64,000 nt of DNA, from positions 547,555 through 611,554 of the forward strand of contig CAZDPG010000001.1 of the NCBI GenBank assembly GCA_964507275.1. Reading direction: 5' to 3'. The notes below the pieces were generated by a model, which made no database searches, was not told the origin of the DNA, and was given only the letters and a program-made list of their open reading frames with translations. How positions within the stretch are numbered: the first letter of the stretch is position 1; each line of letters begins with the position of its first letter. This document shows, piece by piece, positions 55,174 to 64,000 of the stretch. The position numbers and the translations under genes are program-made. This stretch comes from an uncultured Candidatus Saccharibacteria bacterium (GTDB lineage Bacteria > Patescibacteriota > Minisyncoccia > Phycocordibacterales > Phycocordibacteraceae).

Positions 55174-55720
55174 CGAGCTTACCAATCTGCTTCCTTTTGA
55201 GCGTAGCCACGCAGTGTCCCGTGACTATCATTTCCGGCTTGGTGTCGTGGCATTGGTGTTCGCCATCGCTCTTATCTTTACGGCCGCACTGCTTCTCGTC
55301 CCAACCTATGTATTTCTAACAGGAAGCGCAAAAATAAAAGGAACGCAGCTTGCGCATATAAAAGCGACCCTTTCGGCTTCAGACGAGACTGCGCTCTCTG
55401 CGCGTCTCTCGGCACTTTCGAATGATGCCAAGGCGCTCATTGCACTCTCGAATAAGCCTGCGGTGAGCAAGCTGGTGAGTTCCGCGCTTGGTATCCCGCG
55501 GCCCGGAATCGCCCTTTCTAGTCTCACGTATACACCGGCGGCAGGGAAGAATCCTTCGATGCTCGCTCTATCGGGTACAGCGGCCACTCGAGATGCTCTG
55601 CGTAACTACCAACTCGCGCTCCAGGACGCTCCCATCGCGAGCGCGGCGAATGTGCCGGTTTCAGCCTATGCGAAAGATACGAATATATCCTTCACCGTCA
55701 CCATACTGCTCACACCATGA
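55166..55720 (+). CDS. pilN: PilN-like inner-membrane pilus assembly protein
   Basis: Start MSDELTNLLPF overlaps the pilM stop. Single TM, then a periplasmic domain. Confidence 0.55.
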   Translation: MSDELTNLLPFERSHAVSRDYHFRLGVVALVFAIALIFTAALLLVPTYVFLTGSAKIKGTQLAHIKATLSASDETALSARLSALSNDAKALIALSNKPAVSKLVSSALGIPRPGIALSSLTYTPAAGKNPSMLALSGTAATRDALRNYQLALQDAPIASAANVPVSAYAKDTNISFTVTILLTP

Positions 55721-56247
55721 AATCTCCCACCATACATCTGCTGATAGCTCTCGCTGCAACGGTTATTGCACTTTCGGGATATACCGTCTGGTATGGAGCC
55801 GTTTCCGATAAGAGCAGGGAAGTAGCCGGTCTACAGAATCAGATCCTAGCGGCGTCTGAGACGGTGAGCCGCGTCGCGTCGGCGCGCGCGGCGCTTACTG
55901 AGATCGCCGGCGACGAGATGAAGGTGCGGAGCTACTTCGTGCCGGAGTCGGGTGTTGTCGCCTTCATTAACGATCTTGAAGCCCGCAGTATCGCTCAGGG
56001 ATCGACAATCGACGTCTCCTCGGTCTCGACCGGGGGAACCCCATCGCGTCCGGCGCTCATGCTCTCCATTACTGTTAAAGGTACGTTCGATTCAGTCATG
56101 AGGACCGTCGGTTCGATAGAGTATGCCCCCTACGACGTTCTCGTGTCGTCATTCTCGATTCGACAGGATGTCGAGGGTGTCTGGAGCGCTAGCCTCGGAC
56201 TACGGGTCGGTTCCGTGCCTATAAAATCGGCAACCAGCACACCATGA
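55717..56247 (+). CDS. pilO: PilO-like pilus assembly protein
   Basis: N-terminal TM, coiled-coil, then a β domain. 4-bp overlap with pilN. Confidence 0.5.
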   Translation: MKSPTIHLLIALAATVIALSGYTVWYGAVSDKSREVAGLQNQILAASETVSRVASARAALTEIAGDEMKVRSYFVPESGVVAFINDLEARSIAQGSTIDVSSVSTGGTPSRPALMLSITVKGTFDSVMRTVGSIEYAPYDVLVSSFSIRQDVEGVWSASLGLRVGSVPIKSATSTP

Positions 56248-56552
56248 ACTTTTCTCACCTTCTCGATGCTTTCTTCCGGCGCGCGCGATCATTCTCGGGC
56301 ATTGATCCCGCCCGTGATTGGCTCTTCTTGCTTATAAGCTCAACGCTCGTTCTCTCAGGCATCATCGTATGGAATGCGTGGGCATTCGACACTGTCGCAA
56401 GCGGCGGGACCATCGGCTCGTCGGCAACGAGCACCGCTCCCATCTTCGACCAGGCTTCACTTGAAACCATCCATGTTATTTTTGCCGAGCGTGCTGCTGA
56501 AGAAGAGAAGTATATGTCGGGTGTCTATCAGTACGCCGACCCTTCGCAATAA
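56244..56552 (+). CDS. small membrane protein co-transcribed with pilMNO, hypothetical
   Basis: 102 aa with one TM helix. 4-bp overlap with pilO. Confidence 0.4.
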   Translation: MNFSHLLDAFFRRARSFSGIDPARDWLFLLISSTLVLSGIIVWNAWAFDTVASGGTIGSSATSTAPIFDQASLETIHVIFAERAAEEEKYMSGVYQYADPSQ

Positions 56553-56584
56553 GCGGACACATGCGCTAGGCTAAAGAGGTGCGC

Positions 56585-56656
56585 GCCCCGATAGTTCAAT
56601 GGATAGAACAGCGGACTTCTAAGCCGTTGATGTAGGTCCGATTCCTGCTCGGGGCA
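56585..56656 (+). tRNA. tRNA-Arg (anticodon TCT)
   Basis: GCCCCGA...GCGGA-CTTCTAA-GCCGT...TCCGATT...TCGGGGCA. Confidence 0.75.
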
Positions 56657-56677
56657 CAGCTGGCATTTGCGAGCAGC

Positions 56678-56759
56678 GGGCATGTGGCGGAATTGGTATA
56701 CGCGTACGTCTCAGAAGCGTATGTCGCAAGACTTGGGAGTTCGAGTCTCCCCATGCCCA
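56678..56759 (+). tRNA. tRNA-Leu (anticodon CAG), type II
   Basis: GGGCATG...TACGT-CTCAGAA-GCGTA, long variable arm, GGGAGTTCGAGTCTCCC, CATGCCCA. Confidence 0.8.
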
Positions 56760-56783
56760 CTAAGTGTTGTATGATGCGAGAGC

Positions 56784-56856
56784 GCACCCTTAGCTCAGTT
56801 GGTAGAGCAACTCATTTACACTGAGAAGGTCGGGGGTTCGAGTCCCTCAGGGTGCA
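56784..56856 (+). tRNA. tRNA-Val (anticodon TAC)
   Basis: GCACCCTTAGCTCAGTTGGTAGAGC...ACTCA-TTTACAC-TGAGA...GGGGGTTCGAGTCCCTC...AGGGTGCA. Confidence 0.8.
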
Positions 56857-56895
56857 CTTGAAACGAAACGAGATTAGCCTTAGTTTCTTATAGAT

Positions 56896-57582
56896 ATGAA
56901 CGAAGCTTCGGGAGCCGCTTGCGTGGGCATTATCATGGATGGGAATCGTCGCTGGGCGCGAGCGCACAGTCTCCCTGTCTTTGAGGGGCACGCCGAGGGC
57001 TATAAAAAGCTCCAAGAAGTATTGCGCTGGTCGCGCGAGGCTCACATTGAGCACGTCGTCGCCTATGCGTTCTCCACGGAGAATTGGCAGCGTCCTGAAG
57101 AAGAGATTGGCTACCTGATGGGACTGCTCCGCTCCATTCTCGAGAAAGAGACGAAGAAGATGGTTGATGAACGAGTGCGCGTTCGTTTCATCGGCGACCT
57201 GACGCGCTTCAATGATGACGTCCAGACACTCATGGCGGATATGGAAAGAGAAACAGCCAAGGTGTATGACATCACACTCTACCTTTTGATGTCGTATGGC
57301 GGTCGCGCCGAAATCGTCGCGGCAACAAACGCACTTCTGGCCGAAGGAGCGGCTTCGGTCACCGAAGATGTTCTGGAAAAGAAATTCTGGTCGTTTCCGA
57401 TGCCCGATCCTGATCTCATCATCCGTACGGGAGGCGACAAGCGTCTGTCGAACTTTCTTCCCTGGCAATCGATCTATAGCGAACTGTTCTTCAGCGACTC
57501 GTTCTGGCCTGACTTTTCGCGTGGAGAATTCGATTCAATCCTTGCGGAGTTTAGTGCTCGCGAGCGTCGACATGGCAAGTAG
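56896..57582 (+). CDS. uppS: undecaprenyl diphosphate synthase (isoprenyl transferase)
   Basis: IIMDGNRRWA and ENWQRP cis-prenyltransferase motifs, plus RLSNFLPWQS. Confidence 0.9.
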   Translation: MNEASGAACVGIIMDGNRRWARAHSLPVFEGHAEGYKKLQEVLRWSREAHIEHVVAYAFSTENWQRPEEEIGYLMGLLRSILEKETKKMVDERVRVRFIGDLTRFNDDVQTLMADMERETAKVYDITLYLLMSYGGRAEIVAATNALLAEGAASVTEDVLEKKFWSFPMPDPDLIIRTGGDKRLSNFLPWQSIYSELFFSDSFWPDFSRGEFDSILAEFSARERRHGK

Positions 57583-57602
57583 GGAAGTGTACGCTTGAGG
57601 TA

Positions 57603-58346
57603 ATGGAACCATCTCTTATTTATGAGGACGAGAATGTTCTCGTTCTCAATAAGCCCGCTGGGCTTATTGTGCATAGCGACGGACGGACGGAGGAGTCATC
57701 AGTGGCAGGATGGGTCACCAAGCATTATCCGGCACTCGAGCAGGTTGGCGAGTCGTGGACGAGTCCGCAAGGGGAAATCATTCCTCGTCCAGGCATCGTG
57801 CACCGGCTCGACCGCGACACTTCTGGTGTGATGATCCTGGCAAAGACATCCGAGGCCTACGCTTTCCTCAAGGAGCAATTCCAAGACCGAACGACCGAGA
57901 AGACTTATCAGGCTTTCGTCTACGGACACCCCTCAAGGGATCGTGGCACGATTGAAGCGGAGATTGTGCGACTTCGCACCGTACCGCCGCGCTGGGGCGT
58001 TGCACGCGCAGGGGAGAATAAGAAACATCGTGTGGCCGTAACCGATTGGCGGGTGCTCTCCCGAGCCATCGATCCGGAGACAGGTCAAAAGATCACCTAT
58101 GTAGAAGCACGCCCCAAGACCGGCCGCACGCACCAGATCCGTGTGCACTTCAAACATCTCGGTTACCCGGTTGTCTGTGACAAGCTCTATGCGGCTACTC
58201 GCCCTTGCCTCCTTGGTTTCTCGCGCCAGGCGCTTCACGCTTCCTCGCTCGCTATCACACTTCCTTCGGGCGAACGCCACACCTTCGAGGCTCCGCTCCC
58301 TGGCGATTTCACTGTCGCCCTCGAGTCTCTCGGCGTGGCTGGCTAA
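57603..58346 (+). CDS. RluA-family 23S rRNA/tRNA pseudouridine synthase
   Basis: Catalytic motif HRLDRDTSGVMILAK. 247 aa. Confidence 0.85.
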   Translation: MEPSLIYEDENVLVLNKPAGLIVHSDGRTEESSVAGWVTKHYPALEQVGESWTSPQGEIIPRPGIVHRLDRDTSGVMILAKTSEAYAFLKEQFQDRTTEKTYQAFVYGHPSRDRGTIEAEIVRLRTVPPRWGVARAGENKKHRVAVTDWRVLSRAIDPETGQKITYVEARPKTGRTHQIRVHFKHLGYPVVCDKLYAATRPCLLGFSRQALHASSLAITLPSGERHTFEAPLPGDFTVALESLGVAG

Positions 58347-58389
58347 GGATTTGCCCTCCCGTGGGGTGCATGCTACAGTGCGCGCACAT

Positions 58390-58878
58390 ATGCAGAAGAT
58401 CATAACTCCAGTTAATGCTGAAGGGCGCGCGAAGCTCGGTATCCGATCGGGTGATACGGTGCGTGTCGTTCAGAACATTGTCGAACTCAAGAAGGGTCGC
58501 GGTACCGACAAGAAAGAGAAGACCACGAAGAGCACGCGCAAGCAGGTGTTCGAGGGTCTCGTACTCTCGACGAAGCATGGTACCGAGAGCGGCGCGATGT
58601 TCACGGTGCGCGCAACGCTTTCCGGTATCGGTGTCGAAAAGACATTTCCGCTGTACACGCCCTCCATCGACTCGATCGAGATTGTGAAGCGTTCCGAGGT
58701 TCGCCGCTCGAAGTTATACTTCATTCGCGAGAAGGCTGCGAAGGCCGTCCGCCGCCAGCTGCGCAATGCGCGTATGCTGCACCTGAAGAGCGACGAGACG
58801 ATTGCTCCTGTCGAAGTCGAAGCAGAGGCAGAAGCAGTCGCGACGGTCGCTGAGGAGAAAACAGAAGCTGTGGTATAG
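58390..58878 (+). CDS. rplS: 50S ribosomal protein L19 (with Ala/Glu-rich C-terminal extension)
   Basis: Start at MQKIITPV. GDTVRV...FEGLVLS...FTVR...GVEKTFPLYTPSIDSIEIVKRSEVRRSKLYF. Confidence 0.85.
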   Translation: MQKIITPVNAEGRAKLGIRSGDTVRVVQNIVELKKGRGTDKKEKTTKSTRKQVFEGLVLSTKHGTESGAMFTVRATLSGIGVEKTFPLYTPSIDSIEIVKRSEVRRSKLYFIREKAAKAVRRQLRNARMLHLKSDETIAPVEVEAEAEAVATVAEEKTEAVV

Positions 58879-58889
58879 TGTGCTTTCTT

Positions 58890-58977
58890 GCGCAGGTGGC
58901 GAAATTGGTAGACGCACTACCTTGAGGTGGTAGCTCCCGTTAAGGGAATGGAGGTTCAAGTCCTCTCCTGCGCACCA
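58890..58977 (+). tRNA. tRNA-Leu (anticodon GAG), type II, CCA encoded
   Basis: GCGCAGG...CTACC-TTGAGGT-GGTAG, long variable arm, GGAGGTTCAAGTCCTCT, CCTGCGCACCA. Confidence 0.85.
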
Positions 58978-60602
58978 GAGTTCCGTTTTTGACCCCTTTC
59001 TAGCAAGGCCGCGAATCCGTCGCGTGCTTTATAGCTTTTGAGGGATCTGTTCTCAAACACGAGTTCGGTAAACATTTGTGCTACTAGATCGCGCTTCTCA
59101 TTATCGAGCGCGTGGCTGAAGTATCTGCTCGCGTTGTGTGCCAGCTCCGAAAAGGTTAGGACATAGCGCAGCATACCCTTAGCGGACTCCCCGTGAGCCC
59201 GTATATCGTTCTGTACGGCCGCTATGGAGCCATTCAGGCGCTCTGACTCGGTCCTAATCTCATCGGCCGTCATATCCCCGGTGCGGAGCAGGGTGATGCG
59301 GTTCTCGGTAATGTAGGCAAGGTCGGCGGTGAGCTTCTGCTGCCTTCCGTGAAGATCTCCAAGCTCTCGGTCGCGCCGTGCTGCGATCTCCTCGATCTGG
59401 CTCTTCCCTCGCGCCTCAATGTCGCGCAGCTCATCCGGTGTGAACGAAATGCCATCCATGAGTTTCTGCACTGCCGCATCAACCTCGGTGCTGTTAAGGT
59501 TCGGATCGCAGTTTTCGCACGACTCAGAGCACCGGCTGCGGTAGTAGATGATCCCTTTCTTCGTGTAGGGCGAATACAGTCGGCCACAAGAGCACCGTAG
59601 GAGCTCGCGGTAGGTGTAGAACTCTTCTTCGTCATAGTGCATCGATAGCGTGCGGGTTTTTAAGACGCGCTGAACCTTGTTGAACAGTTCCGTATCGATA
59701 AGAGACTGATGAACATTGCTCCTGCGCCACTCGCCGGAAACGAGTTTCATCTCGCCCAAGTAGAAGCGGTTGCGCAGTACGAGCTCGATAGTTTTACGGT
59801 CCACGGGGCGCGCCGCTTGTGGCATACTATCCGCCTCAACATTGTTCGCGAGCTCCTCTTTCGTACGGTTGCGACGGCGCGGCTTCTTTGTAAGCCCTTG
59901 TCCGACGGCCCACTCGGCAAGATCGGTGAAGCTCCACTCACCGGTGGAATACAGGTCGAATATCCTCTTAACTATGGGCGCGCGTAATGGATCAAGCGGC
60001 TTGTCGCTCGATCCATTGTCCATATAGCCAATCGGTGTGAGTTGGGTGCACTTGCCCTCGTCGTGCAGCTTCTTATATGCCTTGTGTACTCCGTCAGAAA
60101 TAACGCGCGAGTAGTGTCGAGCAAAGGCACCATCCATGTCCTTATGGAAGTCGCCGGTACTCCCATCGTCGTAGCGTGCCTCCGTAAACCAGATCTCACA
60201 ACCAAGGCGCTCAAGCTTTTTTATGATCATGTCATCGTGCTCGTTGCGGCTGGCTCGGTGCCAGCAGAGGAATATGACGCCCTTAATCTTCTTCTCTTTA
60301 AGCAGTTGTATCAGCTGGGCAAACTTCGGGCGCAAGATTCGATACTGCGTGGCGCCATCCGGCAAGAGAATGAATTCGTCCTCTTCTTTGAAGGCTGAAT
60401 GGCTCTCGTCGATGATGCCGTTCGTGCACAGGCCCGGAATAGTCAGCTTTGCTATAGTGAATCCCTCCCTCGCGGCATATTCGACGTTTCGCTGGCGCTG
60501 ATACGCGAGTGAATTCTGCTGGTTCACCGCATCATCGGTGCTTCGGCGGTTATATATCAGGTAATCGTTTTCGTACTCACGCTTGATCGCTTCTATAGTC
60601 AT
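58956..60602 (-). CDS. large serine recombinase (integrase)
   Basis: N-terminal resolvase domain with catalytic YNRRSTDD...Q, recombinase domain, Cys-rich zinc ribbon (CSCG...C..C.NC), and a C-terminal coiled-coil. Its last ~7 codons overlap the 3' end of tRNA-Leu. Confidence 0.85.
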   Translation of the reverse strand: MTIEAIKREYENDYLIYNRRSTDDAVNQQNSLAYQRQRNVEYAAREGFTIAKLTIPGLCTNGIIDESHSAFKEEDEFILLPDGATQYRILRPKFAQLIQLLKEKKIKGVIFLCWHRASRNEHDDMIIKKLERLGCEIWFTEARYDDGSTGDFHKDMDGAFARHYSRVISDGVHKAYKKLHDEGKCTQLTPIGYMDNGSSDKPLDPLRAPIVKRIFDLYSTGEWSFTDLAEWAVGQGLTKKPRRRNRTKEELANNVEADSMPQAARPVDRKTIELVLRNRFYLGEMKLVSGEWRRSNVHQSLIDTELFNKVQRVLKTRTLSMHYDEEEFYTYRELLRCSCGRLYSPYTKKGIIYYRSRCSESCENCDPNLNSTEVDAAVQKLMDGISFTPDELRDIEARGKSQIEEIAARRDRELGDLHGRQQKLTADLAYITENRITLLRTGDMTADEIRTESERLNGSIAAVQNDIRAHGESAKGMLRYVLTFSELAHNASRYFSHALDNEKRDLVAQMFTELVFENRSLKSYKARDGFAALLERGQKRNSGAQERT

Positions 60603-60624
60603 TTTTATTGTAGTTAAGGAACGG

Positions 60625-60831
60625 TTAATTAATGGAGACCGTAGCGTCTTTACTCGCTGTGTCTGCTGGTCGAGTCGTAGGGGCCTTAATGGTCTCTCGC
60701 GTAATCTCGTATCCTTCGATTGCTAGGCGCGTATGTATTCGCTTCAACGTGTCGAAGAACTTGGTAAAGTTTCCTATCTGCCCATCGGTGAAGATCTGTT
60801 CTCGCTGTTTCTGAACCTGCTCTGCTTCCAT
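60625..60831 (-). CDS. small hypothetical protein downstream of the recombinase (possible excisionase or regulator)
   Basis: ORF trimmed to MEAEQVQKQ. Weak. Confidence 0.25.
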   Translation of the reverse strand: MEAEQVQKQREQIFTDGQIGNFTKFFDTLKRIHTRLAIEGYEITRETIKAPTTRPADTASKDATVSIN

Positions 60832-61332
60832 AAAGTCATGTCTTCTTGGGCGCGGGGGACTGCGTGCATTCGCTCGATTGCGCATCCGCGCTAATAAATT
60901 TCATCGCCGTACAGGCGGGGGGACAAAAATGCGGACGACCGCCAGGCAAAGAAAAAGGCCCCTGCTAGCGAAAAGAGTCGTGGCTTACCACTCCTTTCGT
61001 TACTAGGGGCGCTTGTTCCGTCTGCGGTATGCAAACGTTGGTGGGATTCTAGCGACCGATTCACCACCTCTATTCAAAAAATTTAACAGTCTAGTAGTAG
61101 AACGATGCGGTCGGCAGTCCCGCACAAGGCCATTGTGCTCTTCTGGTACCCCAAGTCAACCCCTGTAGACAGGAAGAACAGGTATTACAGGCATTGTGGG
61201 TAGCTTGCAGGCACAAGCTCTCAATCCATCTGTTAGTAAAGAAGTAAGGGTAGAGGAGGTGTGTGCCCGCTTCGCCTGTGGCGCATCCTTCGGTTCACAC
61301 CCACAAGACTTCTATAACGCCTGTAATGCCTG

Positions 61333-63516
61333 TTACGCTACCTTGCGGATTGTCACTCCGCGCCCTTCGCGCTCGATGAGGTAGCCCAGCTCTTCGAACG
61401 GCGTCTTGAGGCGGTTGAGCTCGCGCATAAGAGTCGAAGGATTAGCCGGAAGTCTATTGTCCGCAATCTTCTCGTCCAAAGCGCGATCCTTAAACGCCTT
61501 GAACAGCTGCGAGGGACTATCGCACGAGAACATTCCGTCATGCACATCCACGATATCGCGCAGGAGCATTGCAACTGTGTTGTCATCGATCAGCTCGCTG
61601 CTCTGGTGGTTGATGTTGCGAAGGTATGCATCCATGAAGGCTTTCTGACCTATACCAAGCGCCTCAGCGATGGCGCAACCCCACAGTGCGAAGTCGGCCA
61701 TGCGTGGCAGTTCGTCTACCTCGATTGACGGCCTTAGAGCCATTGCCTTCGCGACAACGTCGAAGACGGCACCAAGAATTCTCGGGCGCGCTAGCTCGAA
61801 GTCGGTCATGAGCTTGTGCTCGCTCTTGCGTTCTTTCATCCGCTCGAGTTTTAGCAAGAGGCAGCGCTCAAGCAAGTCGGGTCGGTTTGAAGCAAGGTTA
61901 ATCCCGTTTATAGCTATACGGGACAAGATGAAACGAATGACGTCGTTGTCGTTGGAATACAACTCACGTTTTGAAAAACCGCCACCAGTTATCGCACGAC
62001 AGAGCAAGTCTGCGACCGTGTTAGTTACCTCCGATACATTGTCAAACGATAGGAAGGCGTGGTGGCCGAGCTGCTGCGCAAGCTCCTCTTCTTTTTTTGT
62101 CAGGCTCACCACCTCTATGCGCGACGGGTCGATCAGCATGCGATCAATTCTGCTTAGCGTTGACTTGGCTGATCCCTGCGTTCCGTACACGTACAAAGCC
62201 GGGTGAGCCCATCCTTCAAGAAACGAAGCGACGAGGTGTACGCGAAAAAGAATCTTCTGATCTTCCTCGGTTATATTAACGAACCGCAACACCTCATCTA
62301 CTGAACCACCTCGTACTGGTTCTACCTGTGGGGCTAGATGCGAGAAGCGACGGAATAGTAACGGGACGTCCGTTTCTATGCTCCATCCTTCTTGTGTTAT
62401 TCGGACAGCGCGCCATTCACTGTCGGCGAGGTCGTACCACACAGCATCAGGTGTCTGTGCTATGCGATTAAAGAGTCGATGTTCTTCGCACTCGTTGATG
62501 GCGCGGCCTTCGAGCAAACCCACGGCGTCCTTAATGCTTTCGCGCGAGGCGACGGTTTTGCCTTTAGTGATGCGGTAGAATTCGCTGCCGATCCATCGTA
62601 TGAACGCCGTGCTGTCGCATGGCCAAACTTCCTTGTGACAGCTCACGGGGAACTGCGCGTGCGCTACCGAGTATTCGTCTCGGAACAGAGTAATTTCTCG
62701 GTTGCCAGACACCATGTTAACGATCCGAGTGGCTAGTGAGAGGCCTTTGTCTTCATTGTTTTTGCTGTCGGCGTGGGCCCCCGTTCTCTGTAGAATTTCT
62801 GTGGAGGTTCTTGCAGGTGTGTTAACCGATGCCAAGAGATGCATGGTAGTGCCATCAGGCAATGGGTGTAGGGCGTTCTCTATCTCCGTTGCCTCCCCGC
62901 AGCCGACACGCTCGTCAAAGACTTCTCGTAGCTCCTCCTCATCATACGGAACCACGACTGCTATCGATGCTACGAAATCATCGATCGGGGTGCCGTCGTA
63001 GTTCGCATTCCACCGCTGGAATTTGCTCCACAGCGATGCTTTTGATTCCTTGCCATTGTGAGGAATTGCCTTAAGCAGTTCGTCCAGGAACTGCTCCGCG
63101 GCAGCTTCTCGCACTACCTCCGGAGGATTTGAGATCTCAAACTTCGGATCTTTGGCGATGAGGCGTATCTCCTTATCGGAGAGGTGGGCATAGTCCCAGT
63201 CGTTTGGTTCTGTAATCCATTCACCTTCACGAGAGGGTATTACGACGAGATCGTTTTCCCCGTAAACGTCAGTGAGCGGAAGAACCTCCTTCGCGCTTGG
63301 TACAGTCACGAACTTGCAGGATGGGAAGCCGGGATGCCAGTAGATGAAGTATGTGCCTCCATCCGATGCCTTGAACTCCACGGTGGAGGGCCATTTGCTT
63401 ACATCACCGCCCGGTCTCACATGTATTGCGATGAGGCCTGACCTTCTGCCTGTTTTAATTTCTTTCTTATCAATTGGAGAGCTGTTCTGTTCATGCACGT
63501 TAGCTGCGGTGTTCAT
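61333..63516 (-). CDS. primase/helicase-like replication protein with P-loop NTPase domain (phage/plasmid type)
   Basis: 727 aa. C-terminal P-loop YVYGTQGSAKSTLS followed by an NTPase region, with a large N-terminal domain. The gene class is typical of integrative-element replication modules. The family assignment is tentative. Confidence 0.45.
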   Translation of the reverse strand: MNTAANVHEQNSSPIDKKEIKTGRRSGLIAIHVRPGGDVSKWPSTVEFKASDGGTYFIYWHPGFPSCKFVTVPSAKEVLPLTDVYGENDLVVIPSREGEWITEPNDWDYAHLSDKEIRLIAKDPKFEISNPPEVVREAAAEQFLDELLKAIPHNGKESKASLWSKFQRWNANYDGTPIDDFVASIAVVVPYDEEELREVFDERVGCGEATEIENALHPLPDGTTMHLLASVNTPARTSTEILQRTGAHADSKNNEDKGLSLATRIVNMVSGNREITLFRDEYSVAHAQFPVSCHKEVWPCDSTAFIRWIGSEFYRITKGKTVASRESIKDAVGLLEGRAINECEEHRLFNRIAQTPDAVWYDLADSEWRAVRITQEGWSIETDVPLLFRRFSHLAPQVEPVRGGSVDEVLRFVNITEEDQKILFRVHLVASFLEGWAHPALYVYGTQGSAKSTLSRIDRMLIDPSRIEVVSLTKKEEELAQQLGHHAFLSFDNVSEVTNTVADLLCRAITGGGFSKRELYSNDNDVIRFILSRIAINGINLASNRPDLLERCLLLKLERMKERKSEHKLMTDFELARPRILGAVFDVVAKAMALRPSIEVDELPRMADFALWGCAIAEALGIGQKAFMDAYLRNINHQSSELIDDNTVAMLLRDIVDVHDGMFSCDSPSQLFKAFKDRALDEKIADNRLPANPSTLMRELNRLKTPFEELGYLIEREGRGVTIRKVA

Positions 63517-64000
63517 AACAATAAAAGGTAATGCCCACAGAAGGATGGCGAGGCGATATGTGCAGTAACTCCGTCAAGAGCTCGGTCGCCACCCTTCACT
63601 AGGCGCTACCAATTATTTTTTATTTACTCTTGACGGAGGAAGCACATATGCTTCTGCATCCAGCTGTGGATGACTGCACGAGCGTAGCTCGTGGTGTCTT
63701 CGATTCAAGGCCGCGAGAGCGCGGCAGCAGGTGGCTAGAGAGACTAATGATTACCGAACCCTGCTAGCGATTTGCATTTGCATTTGAGGTGCCTGACGTG
63801 GAACTGTGTCCGTCGCCCGCCCATTACATCCCACGCTACCACAGTTCTTCTCATCCTGTCAAGTGGTCTTCGTAGTTCGTTATAAAAGCCATGCACAGCG
63901 AGGATATCAGTGCTGAAACTCCTCTTCTTGCGGATATCAATGATGCCAGTTCAGTACCGGAACTGGATGTATTTTCTGATATGCATGGGGTCCTTGCAGT

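Larger units (their letters stand above)
58956..64000. mobile_element. partial integrative element inserted at the 3' end of tRNA-Leu(GAG) (serine recombinase, small ORF, primase/helicase-like gene); extends beyond the window
   Basis: A recombinase gene overlaps the tRNA 3' end. The element carries a replication-type P-loop protein and long non-coding stretches with repeated CCTGT-type motifs. The other boundary is not in the window. Confidence 0.55.

Noticed and set aside
56596-56787. 63-aa minus-strand ORF with a GRLELP peptide
   Set aside because: It is the antisense translation of the tRNA-Arg and tRNA-Leu genes. GRLELP is the classic signature of a GGTTCGAGTCC T-arm read backwards.
60961-63770. 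11-bp direct repeat CCTGCTAGCGA flanking the primase-like gene
   Set aside because: A single 11-mer pair in 64 kb is within chance expectation. Not treated as an att site.
63771-63789. TTTGCA x3 microsatellite
   Set aside because: Too short and lacking spacers to be a CRISPR array or a meaningful tandem repeat.

Overview
This 64-kb window looks like a chromosomal segment from a small-genome, moderately GC-rich bacterium whose gene set is typical of CPR/Patescibacteria (Saccharibacteria-like). The lineage call is an inference from gene content only. I found no rRNA genes and no CRISPR array. The replication-origin neighbourhood is present: rpmH-rnpA-yidC on the minus strand, and dnaA-dnaN on the plus strand with an AT-rich gap between them that carries DnaA-box-like sequences. 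Most other genes are housekeeping, identified from protein motifs: rarA, hup, rny, clpP, ppa, nusA, tpiA, pgk, a HIT-family gene, recJ, rnhA, sodA, rpmB, ruvC, yebC, ruvB, ruvA, tsaE, polA, a Mur ligase, rpsT, ruvX, uppS, an rluA-family gene, rplS and class A PBP1A. There are nine tRNAs: Lys, two tandem Arg, Ser, an Arg-Leu-Val cluster, and Leu(GAG). Type IV pilus machinery is prominent. A pilB-pilC locus has two Sec-secreted proteins between the two genes, and a convergent operon encodes three pilin or pseudopilin-like proteins, one of them a 588-aa β-helix-like giant. A second pilB/gspE paralog sits elsewhere, pilM-pilN-pilO are present, and comEC appears split, with a degenerate β-lactamase-domain ORF downstream. 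A type-IV-secretion-like locus runs from about 26.3 to 32.7 kb. It encodes a PrgI-family protein, a VirB4 ATPase split into an N-domain ORF and an ATPase ORF, polytopic membrane proteins, a candidate VirB2/TrbC-like pilin with a Cys-rich tail, and secreted or β-propeller proteins. Both ends of the window look foreign. The first ~2.6 kb is AT-rich and carries a HerA/DUF87-type ATPase, a holin-like small membrane protein, a seven-copy iteron-like array and a small basic protein. At the 3' end, a partial integrative element is inserted into the 3' end of tRNA-Leu(GAG), with a large serine recombinase gene overlapping the tRNA and a primase/helicase-like P-loop protein. A smaller AT-rich gene for a nucleoside 2-deoxyribosyltransferase-like protein abuts tRNA-Lys. 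CDS starts were adjusted by eye where a family-typical N-terminus was clear. Frame-overlapping antisense ORFs, common in high-GC DNA, were rejected.
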